DNA of 64,000 nucleotides from an uncultured Bdellovibrionales bacterium (GTDB lineage Bacteria; Bdellovibrionota; Bdellovibrionia; Bdellovibrionales; UBA1609): NCBI GenBank assembly GCA_938002015.1, contig CALLAU010000020.1, positions 54,700 to 118,699 of the forward strand, read 5' to 3'. Shown piece by piece: positions 63,874 to 64,000 of this stretch (position 1 is its first letter; each line of letters starts with the position of its first letter). The notes under the pieces were generated by a model. It saw only the letters and a program-made list of their open reading frames with translations, ran no database searches and was not told where the DNA came from. The position numbers and the translations under genes were made by a program.

Positions 63874-64000
63874 CTATAAGAAAGAAAAACTTACACCTAA
63901 CTTAAAGAGCTCTTGAGATAATCTCATCATAGGAAGTCCTTCAATGCTTGTTGGATCAGAGCATTCTAATTTTTCAAATAAAAAAATCCCCTTTTTTTCA
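63874..64000 (-). CDS. 3' end of an unidentified CDS running off the right edge of the window
   Basis: Hand translation of the minus strand gives an open frame, ...EKKGIFLFEKLECSDPTSIEGLPMMRLSQELFKLGVSFSFL*, with the stop at 63874-63876. It is too short to identify. Confidence 0.3.
   Translation of the reverse strand, partial: EKKGIFLFEKLECSDPTSIEGLPMMRLSQELFKLGVSFSFL

Noticed and set aside
1-64000. CRISPR arrays, IS elements, prophage genes, retrons/reverse transcriptases, and restriction-modification or other known defence systems.
   Set aside because: I found no regularly spaced direct repeats and no transposase, integrase, RT, helicase-nuclease or methyltransferase signatures in any of the six-frame ORFs or intergenic regions I read. 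The only ABC-type ATPase is the UvrA-like protein.

Overview
This is an AT-rich chromosomal segment; two 120-nt stretches counted by hand gave about 34% and 42% GC. It is densely coding on both strands. I support about 50 CDSs, one tRNA-Asp(GTC), one TPP (THI-box) riboswitch and several clear intrinsic terminators. I saw no transposase, integrase, phage gene, CRISPR array, rRNA or recognisable defence-system gene. Housekeeping genes are present: cysS, cdd, tag, thiL, folE2, a Fur/Zur-type regulator, a uvrA-like gene, mscL, a cold-shock protein and an M1 aminopeptidase. They are interleaved with an unusually heavy load of proteins carrying signal peptides or lipoboxes. These include two tandem ~1,650-aa Fn3/GLUG-repeat lipoproteins and a 1,600-aa zincin lipoprotein sitting behind two small beta-barrel genes. 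They also include a 1,180-aa secreted protein with a nucleotidyltransferase head, a possible ART-fold module and a novel repeat tail. A secreted 253-aa type II PI4-kinase-like protein, an AHL/penicillin-acylase homologue, an EEP nuclease/phosphatase, an M23 peptidase and alpha/beta hydrolases complete the set. Composition and gene content resemble a Bdellovibrio-like predatory bacterium (Bacteriovoracaceae/Halobacteriovorax type), but that is inference. The best candidates for undescribed biology are the secreted NTase/ART-like/repeat protein (22.6-26.2 kb), the secreted minimal PI4K-II-like kinase (55.1-55.9 kb), the tandem giant lipoproteins (8.8-18.9 kb) and the barrel-barrel-giant-protease cluster (45.1-52.0 kb). 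All domain calls come from motif recognition by eye; no searches were run.
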